Assembly: GCA_965644295.1 (NCBI GenBank)
Contig: CBFFRP010000149.1
Span: 186,001 to 250,000 of the forward strand
Direction: 5' to 3'
Length of the DNA: 64,000 bases
Source: Paraphysomonas bandaiensis
Taxonomy: Eukaryota > Protista > Chrysophyceae
Made by a program: the position numbers and the translations under genes. Under the pieces are notes generated by a model, which saw only the letters and a list, made by a program, of their open reading frames with translations, ran no database searches and was not told the origin of the DNA. Of the stretch, positions 62,642 through 64,000 are shown in pieces; position 1 is the first letter of the stretch; every line of letters starts with the position of its first letter.

Positions 62642-64000
62642 TTAGTTACTACATGTAATCATAAGTGGTACAAACTACATGTATGTAGCTAGTTAAAGAA
62701 TCAAACTTACTACAGGGTCATTAGCATATGCTCAAATGTGTTCATTCTAAAACTGAGAGATGGATTATACAATTCAATGGGGTACCTGAAAGAAGCTTCA
62801 AAGACGATATCTACCAAAAGTCAGACAAAAAAAATTAGAAGAATCTCTAAATAATTCGTGATGGTGAATCATCATTTCTCAATATCAAAATTGCTTTAAT
62901 ACAAATACAGTAATGATATAATATCAACATAGCTGAAAGCAGCCTTTTTGTTTCGAAGCCAGAAGACAATAAAATCCACTGATTTTATCTCATATATAAA
63001 AAGTCATTTAATTGATCAACAAAATGAGCAATAAGTTGATACCGGAGTAAAAAATAATTCCAATTTAATGGTCTACAACCTGCGCAGCCCTGATACATGT
63101 GAAGATGAATGTACGTAGTATTTGTGTTTAGTGAAAACAGAGGTGAACTATATCATAACCGTAAATACGTGATTACAAATTTAACGCAATGTAAATAAAT
63201 GATTGTGTAATATATTATACTTCTAAAAGCTTACCGCTAGAATGCGTACCATTATACGTATACTGTCATGGGAGCCGCTATGCACATATAGTGAATACAA
63301 GTTTCTGTTCAAGTACAGCAGCCCAGTGCCATCTTGGGGTACTATTTTGTATTATTATATATCTCATGATTAACGATGACTTACTAACACTCTTACACCT
63401 ATGAGCTATAGCAATATATTGCAACAATGATATTGCGAGATAAAATGTTTTGCCATGCAATATTAATTGTGTGTAAAGACGGCTGACAATATTGTTGATG
63501 AACACTGGAACAGTCAAAGCGTGTTCAGACCATAAGATACTGTTTCGAATTTGAGTCCATAAAAATCTATATATTATTATTGAATAGTATTCAGTATTTA
63601 GTAATTTAAAGTCATGATACAGTTATTTCGACAGATCTAGTGATCTTCAATGGTGGAAACTTTATTCTCTCCGGCTGTCCAAGTTCAATAGTATATAGTA
63701 TATAGTATATCACAATATTAAGTCCAGCAACAATACTGTCACTCTGTTATTTGCGCTGCTATAGTAGGGGGGGGGAGTCTTCACGTTGTTCCTCTTTATC
63801 AGCATCATCTCTGTGGCTTGGATTCTGTGCCGGTCAGCATTCGACCGAAAAATATGGGATCCCACACAGTGCATATCAGGTCATACATTCACCAGAAATT
63901 TAGATGGTGCCTAAGTAATATGCCATATCTACCAATTTGATAGATTTATGTCCAAGTAGTCATAAAGTGTTACACTTCATGGAGGTCATGAAGTGTAACA

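Overview
Eukaryotic nuclear DNA, not prokaryotic. It is AT-rich and gene-dense, with many short (about 45-60 nt) GT-AG introns and long (TACA/TATG)n microsatellites. A full-length silicon transporter, a CFAP20-like ciliary gene, stramenopile-type hAT/Crypton remnants and CoDi-like copia gag suggest a flagellated, silicifying stramenopile such as a chrysophyte (inference). About 23 host genes can be read: the 3' part of a PPDK-like gene, SNM1/PSO2, an arylsulfatase, a SIP5/DA2-like RING-UIM protein, a zinc-knuckle-TatD fusion, a PAQR/hemolysin III protein, a Fic protein, OsmC, an alanine/glutamate:glyoxylate aminotransferase with a PTS1, PP2C, MTRFR, mitochondrial bL19, GAR1, a sulfotransferase-PAN protein, SIT, RPB10, NSUN5, a SAM methyltransferase, DDX11, TMEM115, CFAP20-like and an LRR-like protein. 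There is one dispersed 5S rRNA gene. Transposon relics are numerous: Ty1/copia with a solo LTR, hAT with TIRs and TSD, piggyBac-like, Crypton and several MITE families. Best leads: (1) the SIT with a variant first motif, tail-to-tail with a sulfotransferase-PAN gene; (2) two apparent pseudoenzymes, a PPDK-like protein lacking the GTND and catalytic Cys motifs and a CCHC-knuckle-TatD lacking metal ligands; (3) a tyrosine-recombinase (Crypton) relic bracketed by co-oriented TACA tracts and carrying repeated inverted sites; (4) a recurring promoter architecture of TACA tracts, a 145-bp MITE and AT-rich 5' coding ends. All exon boundaries were read by eye and no database searches were run.
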